The notes beneath the pieces are model-generated. The model had not been told where the DNA came from. It ran no database searches and was given only the letters and a program-made list of their open reading frames with translations. The position numbers were made by a program, and so were the translations under genes. DNA of 62,497 nucleotides from an uncultured bacterium (lineage in GTDB: Bacteria > CSSED10-310 > CAZUFC01), in contig CAZUFC010000037.1 in NCBI GenBank assembly GCA_964619725.1, positions 2,223 to 64,719 on the forward strand, written 5' to 3'. Of the stretch, positions 1-11,800 are shown in pieces. The stretch's first letter is position 1. Each line of letters begins with the position of its first letter.

Positions 1-290
1 CGGTGGGCGTCGGCGTTCGGGTCGGAGTTCGAGTTGCCGTATATGTCGGTTCGGTCGAGGTCGGCGTTCGGGTCGGCGTGCGCGTCGCCGTATATGTCGC
101 TTCGGTGGGCGTCGGCGTTCGGGTCGGAGTTCGAGTTGCCGTATATGTCGGTTCGGTTGAGGTCGGCGTCCGCGTCGCAGTGCGAGTTGCCGTATGTGTG
201 GGTTCTGAAAGGGTTGGCGTCGGCGTCCTGGTCGGCGTTCGGGTTGGCGTCCGCGTCGGGGTTCTCGTATGAGTCGGCGATACTGTGGGA
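1..290 (-). repeat. 48-bp (16-aa) coding tandem repeat, approx. [16 protein letters not shown], in the protease linker
   Basis: GCCGTATATGTCG-like block recurs at ~48-bp spacing in 1-200; PTRT repeats continue to ~290. Confidence 0.85.
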
Positions 291-2350
291 CTCTGCATTC
301 CCGTATCAAAATTGATCGAATAGCTTATCGATTCGCTGCAGTCTGCACTTGATTTTTTCCATACCGCCAAACAGCAAGTCCCGGAATTCAATACAGTGAT
401 CTCGAATGATTCTCCTCCGCCCGGCCCGTTATCGTCGGCGTATGCGATAGAGTCGGTTTTTTCCAGATAATTGCCCGTTCCGTCGCCTTGGTACAGGGAA
501 ATTCCGATATCGGCGATTCCTGAACTCACAGTCACGTTAAACTGATAAGTGGCCCTGCTGTTCAATTCGACCGTCCAGACGTCGAAAACGCCGTATTCGA
601 CGATTGAACCGTAAACGGGGCAGTCAGCAGCGGTATAAATGTCCGGAGATACATCCGATTGAACGTAATAATCAGAAGTACCTTCATTGAAATTATAAAC
701 CCCTGCGTATCTCGTATCGCCGCTGTTCGCAGTGTTGTACAAGACGAATTCAGTGCATCCCGCAGGCCATTCGGACGTGGAATGATAAGTCGAGAATCCG
801 TTTTCGCTTCCCGTATAGTCATCGCAAATGAAAAGGTCAAAATCATCGGAAGCGCCGGTAGGGGATATTCCGACGCCTGCCCAGAGATACTCGTTGGTCT
901 GGAAGGAAAAACCGTCGCAGTTATAGGGGAAAGCGTCTTTTACAGGAGGAGCGGAACGCTGTACGTGCGTCTCAGGCGTCAGGGCATAGGGCGACCAGAC
1001 AAACTGCTGACTCCAGTAATTATTGGTTTCATCTGTTTCCCAGATGCTTTCGGGATAGTCATAGTATACTTTCACCGTATGCCGGCCGCCGGGAATGTTG
1101 AAAGGTCCGAAATTGTTGTAAATTCTGGTGGTGATATTAGGGATTGTACCCCAGGAAACGTCGGTTATCCAGGCATCATCAACCATTATTCGATTCACGC
1201 AATAGACCGAGCTGATCGAGCCGCCGTTTCTGACCGCTAAATTCATGTATGTGCCGTTCGTATTGCCCGGAAGCGTTGCGGTGACGGGGCAGTAAGATTC
1301 GGAAGCGCCCATCGAGTCTCTAGGAGTCAGGGGATAATCCCATCCTGACGGCGTAACGAATTTTATGTCAGGCATGTCTTCGGGATAAACGATGTAGACT
1401 TCCGTTTCGATACCCCGGCAGTTGCTGCCTTTTTGAATTCTGAACCAGCCTTCTTCGCCCCAATCCGTTCCCCAACTGTTTTTGCCTATCCAGCATTCCT
1501 GGGCATCATCCCATCCGACTAATACGACGAAATGTCCCTCTTCCCTGTCTTTGTAGTTTTTCGTCTTGGCGCAGTCCTGAAATACGCCGCCGGTATAACT
1601 CAAAAACGCCGCATTCGTCTCCATCCAGCACGGACAGGGGCCATAATCCATGATGGCAGCCTTGATGTTTTCGACCGTGGAAGGATTCACCCTGACGTAA
1701 CCTTCGATGTTATGAAGGTCCATGTCCCAGTACCAGCACCGGTTAGTCGTGCAGGCCGGCGGCGGATCATCTCCCGTATACACGAAACAGTTTTCTCCCG
1801 TTATGCCGTCATTCTGCAGCGTCCCTAATGCTTCAGGCAATGTATGCGCGCTGCAATCCCCTATCCGGCAGGATGTCATAAACTGTTCTGAATAGTCAGG
1901 CGTCACATTCCAGTTGTTTTCCAGGATTTTCTGACATGCTTCAGTCGCTCCGCAGGAGGCGAAAGCCCAGCAATTGCCGCACGACAACTGGTCCTTGACC
2001 GGAGTCGTCCAGTCATGACCGCCCTCCGTTCGCCAGTTAAACGCGCTTTTCGATCTGACTCTCTCTAATGTCTCTTTGTCCGGCCGCCACACAGGCGTGT
2101 TCTTTCCAGGCTTTTCCAGATGAATGCCGCCTTTGGATACCCGGTCTCTTTCTTCCCGCGGAAGATTGAAAACTCGCGTATGACCCACTCTGAATTCATA
2201 TCCCTCTTTTGAAATGTGATCGATTATTTCCTGGAGTTCCGCTTCTTTCTGAGCTTTGACATCCTGTGCAAATGCCGCTCCGTTTCCTGATGAAATCATC
2301 AGCATCAGAGTAATCAACCCGATAATTCCCGCCTTTTTTGAAGCCTTCAT
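2..2350 (-). CDS. Secreted papain-family (C1A) cysteine protease with beta-rich (CARDB/PPC-like) domains and Pro/Thr/Arg-rich linker; 3' end runs off the window
   Basis: Absent from the ORF track because there is no stop in the window. Manual translation from ATG 2350 (RBS AAGGAG): signal peptide [28 protein letters not shown], catalytic motifs [15 protein letters not shown] and [11 protein letters not shown]...[19 protein letters not shown], then WETDETNN (CARDB-like) and PT repeats. Confidence 0.9.
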   Translation of the reverse strand, partial: MKASKKAGIIGLITLMLMISSGNGAAFAQDVKAQKEAELQEIIDHISKEGYEFRVGHTRVFNLPREERDRVSKGGIHLEKPGKNTPVWRPDKETLERVRSKSAFNWRTEGGHDWTTPVKDQLSCGNCWAFASCGATEACQKILENNWNVTPDYSEQFMTSCRIGDCSAHTLPEALGTLQNDGITGENCFVYTGDDPPPACTTNRCWYWDMDLHNIEGYVRVNPSTVENIKAAIMDYGPCPCWMETNAAFLSYTGGVFQDCAKTKNYKDREEGHFVVLVGWDDAQECWIGKNSWGTDWGEEGWFRIQKGSNCRGIETEVYIVYPEDMPDIKFVTPSGWDYPLTPRDSMGASESYCPVTATLPGNTNGTYMNLAVRNGGSISSVYCVNRIMVDDAWITDVSWGTIPNITTRIYNNFGPFNIPGGRHTVKVYYDYPESIWETDETNNYWSQQFVWSPYALTPETHVQRSAPPVKDAFPYNCDGFSFQTNEYLWAGVGISPTGASDDFDLFICDDYTGSENGFSTYHSTSEWPAGCTEFVLYNTANSGDTRYAGVYNFNEGTSDYYVQSDVSPDIYTAADCPVYGSIVEYGVFDVWTVELNSRATYQFNVTVSSGIADIGISLYQGDGTGNYLEKTDSIAYADDNGPGGGESFEITVLNSGTCCLAVWKKSSADCSESISYSINFDTGMQSPTVSPTHTRTPTRTPTRTPTRTPTPTLSEPTHTATRTATRTPTSTEPTYTATRTPTRTPTPTEATYTATRTPTRTPTSTEPTYTATRTPTRTPTPT

Positions 2351-2868
2351 TCCCCTTCTCCTTTTTAATGTCATTTCATTTTTATAAATGTTGAATCAAC
2401 CATTTTGCCGTAATGTTTTTTTGCCGTAATGGATTTCTATTAATGAAAAAACGACCTGCGCCGGGCCAGTCCGATGCCGGTCCTCGTTAACGCATGTTAT
2501 AATCGTTCCGTCTTCAACATTCTCTCAGTGTGCGCGTCAACGCCCGGACGTAAAACGGTTCAGACAGACCTGTCCGTCATTCCGACTTATCGCCGCTTTT
2601 CAATTTGTCTTTATTTTTTTGTGCATGAATGAATTATCGGGTTGAAACCCACCCTTTACGCAACCCAGATTTATTTATACCAGAGAAATTCGCAAAAAGC
2701 AAAATTCGAATCGGGGACTGACCGGGAATACAAATTAGGAGGAATGCGGCAGCTGGATATGCATTTGAAAGGGGTTTTCAGCGGTTCATGAGCATGAGTT
2801 CCGGCTTGCATGGCGATTAATTCTCCCGCAGCGAGAATTAATAACCGGGACGGCATTGAAATCATACC

Positions 2869-2898
2869 TTGACAAACGATTTCTTTTTATGTTATCAA
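2869..2898 (+). promoter_or_regulatory. Possible sigma70 promoter of the GT-C operon
   Basis: TTGACA (2869-2874), 18 bp, TGn-TATCAA. Confidence 0.4.
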
Positions 2899-3114
2899 AA
2901 GTGCTTGTTTTTACGGGTGTTACCCGCAGTCGTGCTCGTTTTTGCATTAATTTTTGAAAGCAGTATATTTAATCGAGTGAGGTTGAACTGAGCGAAAGTT
3001 GCCAGGATGGTGGAGAGCGAATGCTTCTGGAGAGAAAGCAAAATTTCAGCACAGGATTTTTTAATCATGAATTAAACCCGGATGTGGGGTTTTAATTTTG
3101 GATTGGAGGAGCTG

Positions 3115-6100
3115 ATGTCGCAGGAAAGCGTCAGAACGAAGAACGGTTTAATGAACATTCAGGTCAAATGGGTCACGGTGATATGGGTCATCATCATTCT
3201 TTTTACATTGTTCACGCGGTTTCATCATTTAGGGTACAAGGCCTTTCATCATGATGAGAGTCTTTACGCCAAGTATATCTGGAATTTTTTCGTGGGATAC
3301 GGTTACGAGTATGATCCTATGCAGCACGGTCCTTTTATGTTTCATACGAGTCAGATCACGATGTTTCTGTTCGGCTGCACGGATTATACGGTGCGGATAT
3401 TGCCGGCGGTATTTGGAGTGATGCTCGTGCTGCTGCCCATTTTTTTCCGTCACAGGCTGGGGGAGTGGGGAGCATTGGCTGCAGGGGCATTATTTGCGGT
3501 ATCGCCGACAGTGATGTATTTTTCGCGATTTCTGCGTCACGATATATTTTTCGGTTTCTTTTCCGCCCTTCTAGTGCTGGGGCTTTCATTGACGACCAGC
3601 AAACGTCACGACATTCTGCGTCACAGGTACCGGTGGTATTATCTTTCTGCTCTAGCCATGGTGATATTATTCTGCATAAAGGAAAACGCTTTCGTTCTGG
3701 CTTTTACGGTATGCAGCTACGCCGTTTTCTACGTCATTTTCGACATTTTTGAAGCCAGAGATTCAAAAGAACGCAAGAGTGCGATGCAGGTCATTCGTGA
3801 GAATATAATCCGGTATCCCCTGCTGTCCAAATCACTTTTTTTCTTTGCGCTTTGGGGCGGGTTCTTCATCATTTACGCTCTGGGTCACGTCCTGATCAGC
3901 GAAAAGCTGGGCGAAAGATGGCAGACCATCGTCAAGGTATACTGGATTTTCTTTTTCCTGGTTTTGGGGCTCTTTTTATCGATTTTTCTGCTGCTGGCGG
4001 AAAAAGCCAAACGGCTGAAGCAGAGGCAATCAGACCTGATGGGAGAACCCGGAGAGGATGAACTCGAATTTAAAAACGACCTGGCGGATTCGGAAAAGGC
4101 GGAGGGCATGGAATTTCCATTGAAAGAAGAACCCGGGTCTTCCGGCGATTCCTTGCAAGAAAGCGAGCCTTCGGATTCGGAACCGGAAGAATCTGCTGAC
4201 GAGCAATCCGGAGATGAGGGTTCTGCTGAAGGGAGAGAAAAGGAGGAAGAAGGCGCGTCTGAGGAACCTGACGAAAAACCGGACAGGCATGCAGATGATA
4301 AAACGGAAGGTGAGGATGAGGATTCGGTGGAACAAAAACCGGATGTGAGCCTGGAAACAGAGAGTGATTCAGTGGATAAACCGGATACCGGTTTTTTGGA
4401 TGAGGAAGATTTTCCGAAGCGCAAGGAGCCTTTTTTGCCTTTGAGCTGGTTTGAGGACGGACTGGAATTCACGATCGGTTTCGGTATTTTTGCGGCAGTA
4501 TTTTTCCTTTTGTACACGACATTTTTCTTTAACCTAAAGGGATTCTGGACAGGCATTTACGTATGGTTTGAATACTGGTTCAATCAGCATTCCATCAAAA
4601 GAATCGCCGGCCCTTTCCATTACTATTCGCGACTTCTGTGGGGCTATGAATTTCTCCCGGTAGCGACCGCATTATTTTTCATCATTTCCGGGATAATCAA
4701 AAGGCGGTTCTACCTTTTCGGCGGCCTTGCGATCATCTGGATTGCTGTAATGTATCTTTTCGGAGACAAAAACATTCCTCACATCACTCACGTATACTTT
4801 ACCACCCAGCATCTGATTTATGCCGTAGGCGTTTTCGTTTTCGGCTGCCTGGCGACGTATGAATTTAAAAGGTCCAAACAGCCATTCACAGCATTTTTAG
4901 TTTACTGGTCGATGATGAGTTACCTGGCTTATTCCTATCTGCAGGAGAAAGTGCCCTGGCTGACGCTTCACATCATTATTCCGCTTATTTTCGTTTCTGC
5001 GATAGTCATCAAGGGGATGCTGAAGTATAGGCGGGACAAGTTTTACAGGATTGCGGGATATGTCTTTTTAGTTGCGGGGCTGTTTTATGCGCTTCACACA
5101 GCGTTTCTGTTGAATTGGCATAATGAATCGGACCCTGTGGAGCAGATGGTTTACGTTCAGACGTCATCCGATGTAAAGAACCTGATTGATGAGGTGGAAC
5201 GCATCGCTTACTGGCGAGGCGAGCATGAAAATATGAGATTCGTGATACAGGGGACGGCAACGTGGCCGTTTTACTGGTATTTCCGTGACTGGCCCAACAT
5301 TTTGTGGACTCAGGAAGTAACCGAAGAGAATCTACCCATGGTCATATGCGATTGGGAAAAGCGACATGATTTCAGGAAAAAACTGGGCGAGGGCTACACT
5401 GTGCGGCGGTACAGGCTGAGACACTGGTGGATACCTACCAGGGCCGATTTAAGCGACAACTGGATAACGGCTTTTAAAGAATTGTGGAACTGGACGCTTC
5501 ACAGGAAGAAATTCAAACCTGAGATTTACGGTTCATCCGACGTGGCTGTCTTCACAAAAGATGAATATTCCATGTATCAATGGTCGGTGGATATCGGGGA
5601 AGCGCCGCCTAAAGTAGTGGATAAGTTGCCGCCTGAACCGGTCGTCGAAGCGATGAAACTGCAGCCTGAACTCGTGTTCGGTTCATTCGGGAAAAAGAAC
5701 GGTCAGTTCAATAATCCTAAGGCCGTAACAGTCGACAATGACGGAAATATTTACGTGGCGGATGCGGAAAACAGCAGAATCCAGAAATTCAGCCCGGACG
5801 GCGAATTTTTAATAAGCTTAGGAAAACAGGGCGCCGGCCCCGGAGAATTCAACAAGCCTGTGGGAGTCGACGTGGATGCTGAAGGATACATTTATGTGGC
5901 TGATACGTGGAACCACCGGGTACAGAAATTTTCTCCCGAAGGCGAATATCTCGAGACATACGGGAAAGAAGGCGTCTATTATGCGCCGAAAGACATACTC
6001 GCGCATCCCAATCGAAATAAATACGTAGTGGATACGGGATTCCAGCGGGTTCACACGATAGACAGGATAGGCAATGAAACGAAGGTATTCGGAGGCAAAG

Positions 6101-6501
6101 GCAGCGGCGTCGGCGATTTGTTTGAACCTGTCGGAATAGCGCTGGGAATGAACGACAACGTCCTGGTCGCCGATACGAATAACAAGAGAATAGAAATTTT
6201 CGATCAGTACGGGAATTTCATCAAGGAATTCGCTGTTTACGGATGGGAAGATTTCTATACCGAACCCTTTGTCGCCATGGCGCCTGACGGACGCTACTTC
6301 GTGACGGATTCAAGGCATAACAGGATTCAAATTTTCTCCCCTGAAGGCGAATTCATCAGCTTCTGGGGCGAGAAGGGCGTCGAACAGGGGCAATTCAACT
6401 GGCCCATAGGCATTCATATCGCCAACGACAAAATTTATGTGTCGGACAGCCTGAACGCCAGAATACAGGTATTCCCGCTTCCGGGACAGGTCAACCAGTA
6501 A
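3115..6501 (+). CDS. TIGR03663/Agl23-like GT-C (PMT_2-type) membrane protein with acidic insertion and C-terminal NHL beta-propeller
   Basis: HHDESLYA, YDPMQHGP, YFSRFLRHD, KENAF, EK(V)PWL and VYVQTS motifs; many TM helices; NHL repeats (GQFNNPKAVTVD..IYVADAENSRIQKF). Start set at ATG 3115 after GGAGGAG. Confidence 0.8.
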   Translation: MSQESVRTKNGLMNIQVKWVTVIWVIIILFTLFTRFHHLGYKAFHHDESLYAKYIWNFFVGYGYEYDPMQHGPFMFHTSQITMFLFGCTDYTVRILPAVFGVMLVLLPIFFRHRLGEWGALAAGALFAVSPTVMYFSRFLRHDIFFGFFSALLVLGLSLTTSKRHDILRHRYRWYYLSALAMVILFCIKENAFVLAFTVCSYAVFYVIFDIFEARDSKERKSAMQVIRENIIRYPLLSKSLFFFALWGGFFIIYALGHVLISEKLGERWQTIVKVYWIFFFLVLGLFLSIFLLLAEKAKRLKQRQSDLMGEPGEDELEFKNDLADSEKAEGMEFPLKEEPGSSGDSLQESEPSDSEPEESADEQSGDEGSAEGREKEEEGASEEPDEKPDRHADDKTEGEDEDSVEQKPDVSLETESDSVDKPDTGFLDEEDFPKRKEPFLPLSWFEDGLEFTIGFGIFAAVFFLLYTTFFFNLKGFWTGIYVWFEYWFNQHSIKRIAGPFHYYSRLLWGYEFLPVATALFFIISGIIKRRFYLFGGLAIIWIAVMYLFGDKNIPHITHVYFTTQHLIYAVGVFVFGCLATYEFKRSKQPFTAFLVYWSMMSYLAYSYLQEKVPWLTLHIIIPLIFVSAIVIKGMLKYRRDKFYRIAGYVFLVAGLFYALHTAFLLNWHNESDPVEQMVYVQTSSDVKNLIDEVERIAYWRGEHENMRFVIQGTATWPFYWYFRDWPNILWTQEVTEENLPMVICDWEKRHDFRKKLGEGYTVRRYRLRHWWIPTRADLSDNWITAFKELWNWTLHRKKFKPEIYGSSDVAVFTKDEYSMYQWSVDIGEAPPKVVDKLPPEPVVEAMKLQPELVFGSFGKKNGQFNNPKAVTVDNDGNIYVADAENSRIQKFSPDGEFLISLGKQGAGPGEFNKPVGVDVDAEGYIYVADTWNHRVQKFSPEGEYLETYGKEGVYYAPKDILAHPNRNKYVVDTGFQRVHTIDRIGNETKVFGGKGSGVGDLFEPVGIALGMNDNVLVADTNNKRIEIFDQYGNFIKEFAVYGWEDFYTEPFVAMAPDGRYFVTDSRHNRIQIFSPEGEFISFWGEKGVEQGQFNWPIGIHIANDKIYVSDSLNARIQVFPLPGQVNQ

Positions 6502-6630
6502 AGAGGCTCCGGTCAAGATTAATTCTTGTGGAAATTCAATGAAACTTCAGGCATCATGGAACCGCCGCTTTGAGATGCAGATGCAGCAAAGCGGCAAGGG
6601 AAGAATATCAGATACGGGAAAGGAGACGCT

Positions 6631-8826
6631 GTGATCGGCGGTTTCGCTCTAATCGGCTGGTGGTGGATCGTTACGACGGTAATCGGATTCGTCGGCTTGC
6701 CGCTCACTTTTATCCTCTTCAAGAAATTTCCGGGAAAAGGTTTCGGCTTCGCCCGCATCGTAGGCATCATCATCGTCGTATATCCCTGCTGGCTGGCCGC
6801 CAGTCTGAAAATAATCGTCTTCGGTCCTTTCTCACTCTTCCTCTTTTTCCTTCTTACTGGTGCAGTCTCCTGGCTTCCCTGGAAGAAACGCCGCGCTATT
6901 CTTGCCGATTTAAACCAGTTCGAGAAAAAGCACATTCTCCGGACAGAAATCGTATATGCTGCGGCCTTACTGGCCTTCGGCGCCGTTAGAATGCTGAATC
7001 CCGACATCGCCGGAACGGAAAAACTGCCCGACTTCGGTTTCCTCAACGCCATCATCAACAGCGGCTGGTTCCCTCCCCTGGACGTATGGTTTTCCGGCGA
7101 AACGATCAATTATTTCTACTTCGGTCATTATATCTGTTCTTCACTCATCACATTCACCTTCACCGACACCGCCTTCGGATTCAATCTGGCCCTGATAACC
7201 GTCTTCGCTCTTATCGCCCTCGAATCGTATGAACTCGGCTTCATCTTTACCGGAAGAAAATTCGGCGCCATGCTCGCGCTTTTCTTCACCACTGTTATCG
7301 GCAATCTTGACGGACTCGTTCAACTTGCCGGAAGAATCGTTTCCGGACAACCCTTTTTTCCCATTAACTGGTTCAACTGGTGGAACAGCTCCCGCGTCAT
7401 CGTCCGCGAAGGAATTGACGTTACGATCAATGAATTTCCCTACTGGAGTTTCGTTCTGGGCGACCTGCATGCGCATTTCATGGTCGTACCGATATCGCTA
7501 TTGACTCTGGCCCTGGCCTTCAGATTCTTCAGAGGTTACGATCCTGCAGAAGAACCGTTTCTGCACCGGTACCTGCTTATCATCTGCTCCGCCCTGTTCC
7601 TGGGTATAATTCCCGCAGCCAACACCTGGGATACACCGACTTATTACCTCATTTTTACCCTATCGCTCGCTTTCGGCATTTACTACAAAACGAAATCCTT
7701 CAATAAATCCTTTTTCCTCAAACTCGCAAAAACCCTGATACCGCTCCTGGTCCTCTCTTACGCGTTTCTTTTACCTTTTCACATGAACTTCCACCCGGTC
7801 GGCGCACAGGGCATCAATTTCGTCCCGCAGGAAAAAAGAACGCTGCTCTCAGATTTCCTGACGATACACGGGTTCTTCCTCTTCCTCATTTTCAGTTTCC
7901 TGGCGCCGCCCTTCTATCGCCTCTGGAAAACGCTTTCCAACGAAAAAAAACAGATATCGGTCATCGCCGCAGCCTTCGGCATTTTTATATTTATCGTCGC
8001 CTATGGCTCGGCCGCTCCCGCTCTCATCTTCGCGGGACTCGCTATGAGCACAGTCCTGGGCGCTCAAAAAGGCATGCACAGAAACAGGAAGTTCCTCACC
8101 TGTCTAAGCCTTCTCGCTTTTCTTATGCTGCTGGGCTGCGAAACGATTTATGTCGACGACACTTACGGACCGGGACTGGAGCGGCAAAATACGGTCTTTA
8201 AGGTTTATTTTCAAGTCTGGATACTTTTCGCCCTGGTTTCCGCCTATGCCGCAGACAGAATACTTGCCGGCAGAATATTCAATTACGCTTCTGCAGCCGG
8301 AAAAAACTGGCGGCTTGTTTACCGCATTCTTTTTATCGCTGTCTTTATCTTTCCCGTCCTGGGTACAAATGCGAAAATCGGCCGCCTGCGGCTTTCCATG
8401 GCCACGCTTAACGGCATCGCATACATGAACCGACAATACAAAGACGACTATGCCGCTATACAATGGCTCAAAGAAAATGCTGAAAACCGCGAAGTCGTGC
8501 TGGAAGCCACCGGCGAAGCCTTTTCTCATTATGGAAGAATCTCGGCTTCCACCGGTCAGCCTACCGTCCTGGGATGGGCCAATCATGAATCAATATGGCG
8601 GGATATCTCCTGGCAAAGTTGCCTTAAACGCACCGAAGACATTAAAACGATCTATGAGACGACGGATAAAAACATCGCTGTTCAACTTATGGATAAATAC
8701 GATGTGAAATATGTTTACGTGGGTAATCTGGAAAATAATCGCTATAAAGGACCGGGATTGACTAAATTCGGTTCCTTTATGGACACCGTCCTGCAGGAAA
8801 ACGGCGGGGTAATATATCGCAGATAA
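6631..8826 (+). CDS. DUF2298 / Chlor_Arch_YYY (TIGR03662-like) membrane protein, predicted GT-C fold
   Basis: PDIAGTEKLPDFGFLNAI..FPPLDVWFSGETINYFYFGH, INEFPYWSFVLGDLHAH, NTWD, NTVFKVYFQVW, TVLGWANHE. Confidence 0.85.
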   Translation: MIGGFALIGWWWIVTTVIGFVGLPLTFILFKKFPGKGFGFARIVGIIIVVYPCWLAASLKIIVFGPFSLFLFFLLTGAVSWLPWKKRRAILADLNQFEKKHILRTEIVYAAALLAFGAVRMLNPDIAGTEKLPDFGFLNAIINSGWFPPLDVWFSGETINYFYFGHYICSSLITFTFTDTAFGFNLALITVFALIALESYELGFIFTGRKFGAMLALFFTTVIGNLDGLVQLAGRIVSGQPFFPINWFNWWNSSRVIVREGIDVTINEFPYWSFVLGDLHAHFMVVPISLLTLALAFRFFRGYDPAEEPFLHRYLLIICSALFLGIIPAANTWDTPTYYLIFTLSLAFGIYYKTKSFNKSFFLKLAKTLIPLLVLSYAFLLPFHMNFHPVGAQGINFVPQEKRTLLSDFLTIHGFFLFLIFSFLAPPFYRLWKTLSNEKKQISVIAAAFGIFIFIVAYGSAAPALIFAGLAMSTVLGAQKGMHRNRKFLTCLSLLAFLMLLGCETIYVDDTYGPGLERQNTVFKVYFQVWILFALVSAYAADRILAGRIFNYASAAGKNWRLVYRILFIAVFIFPVLGTNAKIGRLRLSMATLNGIAYMNRQYKDDYAAIQWLKENAENREVVLEATGEAFSHYGRISASTGQPTVLGWANHESIWRDISWQSCLKRTEDIKTIYETTDKNIAVQLMDKYDVKYVYVGNLENNRYKGPGLTKFGSFMDTVLQENGGVIYRR

Positions 8827-8843
8827 TCGAAAGGGACTTATTC

Positions 8844-11800
8844 ATGACCAATATGAAACAAAATTCAAAATCAAGACGTTGGCTTTTAAAACTTTTACTG
8901 CTGATCGTGATCGTTACGGCCGCGATTTTTCGTTTCTATCAGGTCGACTGGGACATGCCCGGCAGTCCGCATCCCGATGAAAACCAGGTTATGATGCAGG
9001 TCGCTAAGCTCCAGTTGTTCAGAAACGGAGAATTATACCTGGAGGGCATGAATCCCAATTTTTTCGCTTACGGTTCGCTGCCTCTTTACATGTATTTTTT
9101 CATGAAAGAAGGCGCCCGGCTGCTGGTTAAAAACATACCGGCGTTAAGAAACTTTATAACTACGAATCCTTATATCCTGGCCCGTATTCTGACCGCTTTT
9201 CTGGGTTGGTTGACGCTCTTTCCCGTATATCTCCTGGCCAGGCGCCTTTACGGACGCTGGACAGCGGTCGTCGCTCTCATTCTGTTCGCTTTCGCCTCGT
9301 TGCATATCAAGCTGTGTCACTTCCTCACCGTCGACGTCATTTTAACCTTCTTCATCATGCTTTCGATCTACTTTGCCGCAAAAATTCTATTGTACGGACG
9401 TTTAAGAGACTACATCCCTGCCGCTATATTCTTCGGCATGGCCATGGCCGTGAAAATAGCGGCTTTCCCTCTGGCAGTAACGCTTGTCGCAGCTCATATC
9501 CTGCACCTTATTCATATAAAAAGGGTTTTCCCTCTGTGGAAGTGGGTCGGTTTTATTCTTTTGCCTGTTTTCGCATTCGGCGCTTTTTTCGTTTCCGAAC
9601 CTTTCGGCATTTTGAATTTCAAGGAATTTTTTCACCAGGTAAGCTGGCAGGCCAAGATGGTCCAGGGAGGAGTGACGCCCTGGTATGTATTGCATTACGA
9701 GGACACCGTCAAGTTCTTCTATCAGATGAAAAATTACCTTAACTGGGCGATGGGCTGGCCTCTTGGTATTTTCACTCTTATTTCTTTCGCTTATTTCATC
9801 GCCGCCTCGTTTTTTTCAAAAGAGAGACTTAAGCATCTGTTCATGCTTTCGTTCACCGTACCTTTTTTCATAACCGTATTCGTTCTGGCCAAGGTAAAAT
9901 TCATACGGTATCAGGTTCCTGCGGTGCCTTTATTTTGCATAATGTCGGCCTATCTGCTGTACAGGTTCTACCGTAAAGCCAAAACCTCGCATGGAAGGGC
10001 TTTGACATATGCATTCACGGTATTTCTGGCGACGTCGGGACTTTTTTTGTCCATGGCTACTCTTGCTGTGTTCAACGATCCGAGTTCCCGTGAGATGGCA
10101 TCCCTGTGGATATATGAAAACGTCCCGGAGGGATCGACTATTCTGGCGCAGGAAATTGAGCCCAGATTACCGAGGGGCATGCCGGGATATACGCCGCACA
10201 AGTATCAGTATCGTGAAATAAACGTGATTCAGGACCCCAAAGGCGATATGTCCCTGACTAAATTCGCAGAGAATATAGCGGAAAGCGATTTCATCGTTTT
10301 GCCTAATCCGGGTCATTATAACCTGCCTTTGAGCGCCGGGCCCGAACGTTTCCCTCATATATTCAGCTATTATCAGAATCTTTTCGGCGGCACTCTGGGA
10401 TTCGAGCTCGTTCAATCATTCACCTCATATCCCAGGCTGCTCGGTTTCGAAATGAACGATTCACTTTCGGACATAGGATTTTATTTTTTCGATCACCCCA
10501 AGGTTCAGATATTTAAGAAGAACCGCAGTCTTTCTGTCAGCAAATTGAAATCTTTGATCAAAAGTCCGCCGCCCAGCGTAGCCTCTATTACGAAGAAAGA
10601 CATTATGAAGGCGGAAGTGGGAAGCAAGCATCTGGCTGAGATGCGGAGGCGAGCGGCTGAAAGCGCTGCTGAAGCAAGATCGGCCAGGACCGCAAAAGGC
10701 GAAGAACCTATCCCGGACAAGGGATTTCGGTATATTTTCCTTTGGTATATCACAGCCCAGATCATTGCTCTGCTGGCCCTGCCGATCACTATGACTATTT
10801 TCAGGTCCTTCAGGGACAGAGGCTATCCTCTCGCCAAAACCATCGGATTCTTCTCTATCGCCTGGATCAATTTCATTCTGGTCAGCACGAAATTTCTCAA
10901 GTATAATCGGGCATCAATTCTCTTAAGTTACGTTATACTTGCGGTATTGTCCGCATTCGTATGGAGCCGCCGTAAAAGTGAGATAAAATCGTTCTTCAAA
11001 TCTCCTAAAGCCAAAAAAATCATCATCACGACCGAAATCGTCTTCCTGCTTATCTTTGCGCTTCTCCAGGCCATTAAATGTTATAATCCGGACATTTCCG
11101 GATGGGAAAGACCTTCCGAATTCGCTTATTACAATGCCGTGCACCGGAGTGAAACGCTTCCTCCACACGATCCCTGGATAGCCAACGAACCTCTGAATTA
11201 TTATTATTACTGCTGGCATGCCATGATGATGATCACGAAGGGTATCGGCATACCGACTCAATTCGCTTACAACATCGGCGTGGCTTTTGTTGCGGGCCTT
11301 ACGGCTTTATGCATCTTCAGCCTGCTTTTTAACGTCACAAAAAAAATCAGATACGGTCTCCTCGGAGCGCTTTTCATCACCTTCGTAGGAAATTTCGATT
11401 CCATAAGGCAGGTGATTAAAAACAGGAGGTTCTTCCCATTCGACTGGTTCAGGGCGGCTCATTCGCCCATAGAATTTACCATATCAGAATTTCCCTTCTG
11501 GAGTTACGTTTACGGCGACCTGCATCCGCACATCGTCGTACTGCCGGTTATCGGCGCCATGTTTTTATTCTATTACAAATGGATCAAATCTTCCGAAAGC
11601 GGGTTGAATAAATTCGGAACTGGCATGAACCGCTGGTTGTCCGTATTCGTCTTCATGATGCTTATGGGAACCGCCTTTACTGTTCATCTATGGGAATTGC
11701 CGACTCAGATTCTGCTCCTTCTTTTTATACTCTCACTGCAGCATTTCAGGATAACAAGTCAGAAAAGACTACCCGGATATGAACGCCGGCCGCCTTTATT

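Noticed and set aside
3-1828. Plus-strand ORFs at 3-272, 659-1240 and 1532-1828
   Set aside because: Antisense to the C1A protease CDS; the VGV-rich translation is the reverse of a PT linker (likewise at 30830, 50638 and 56669).
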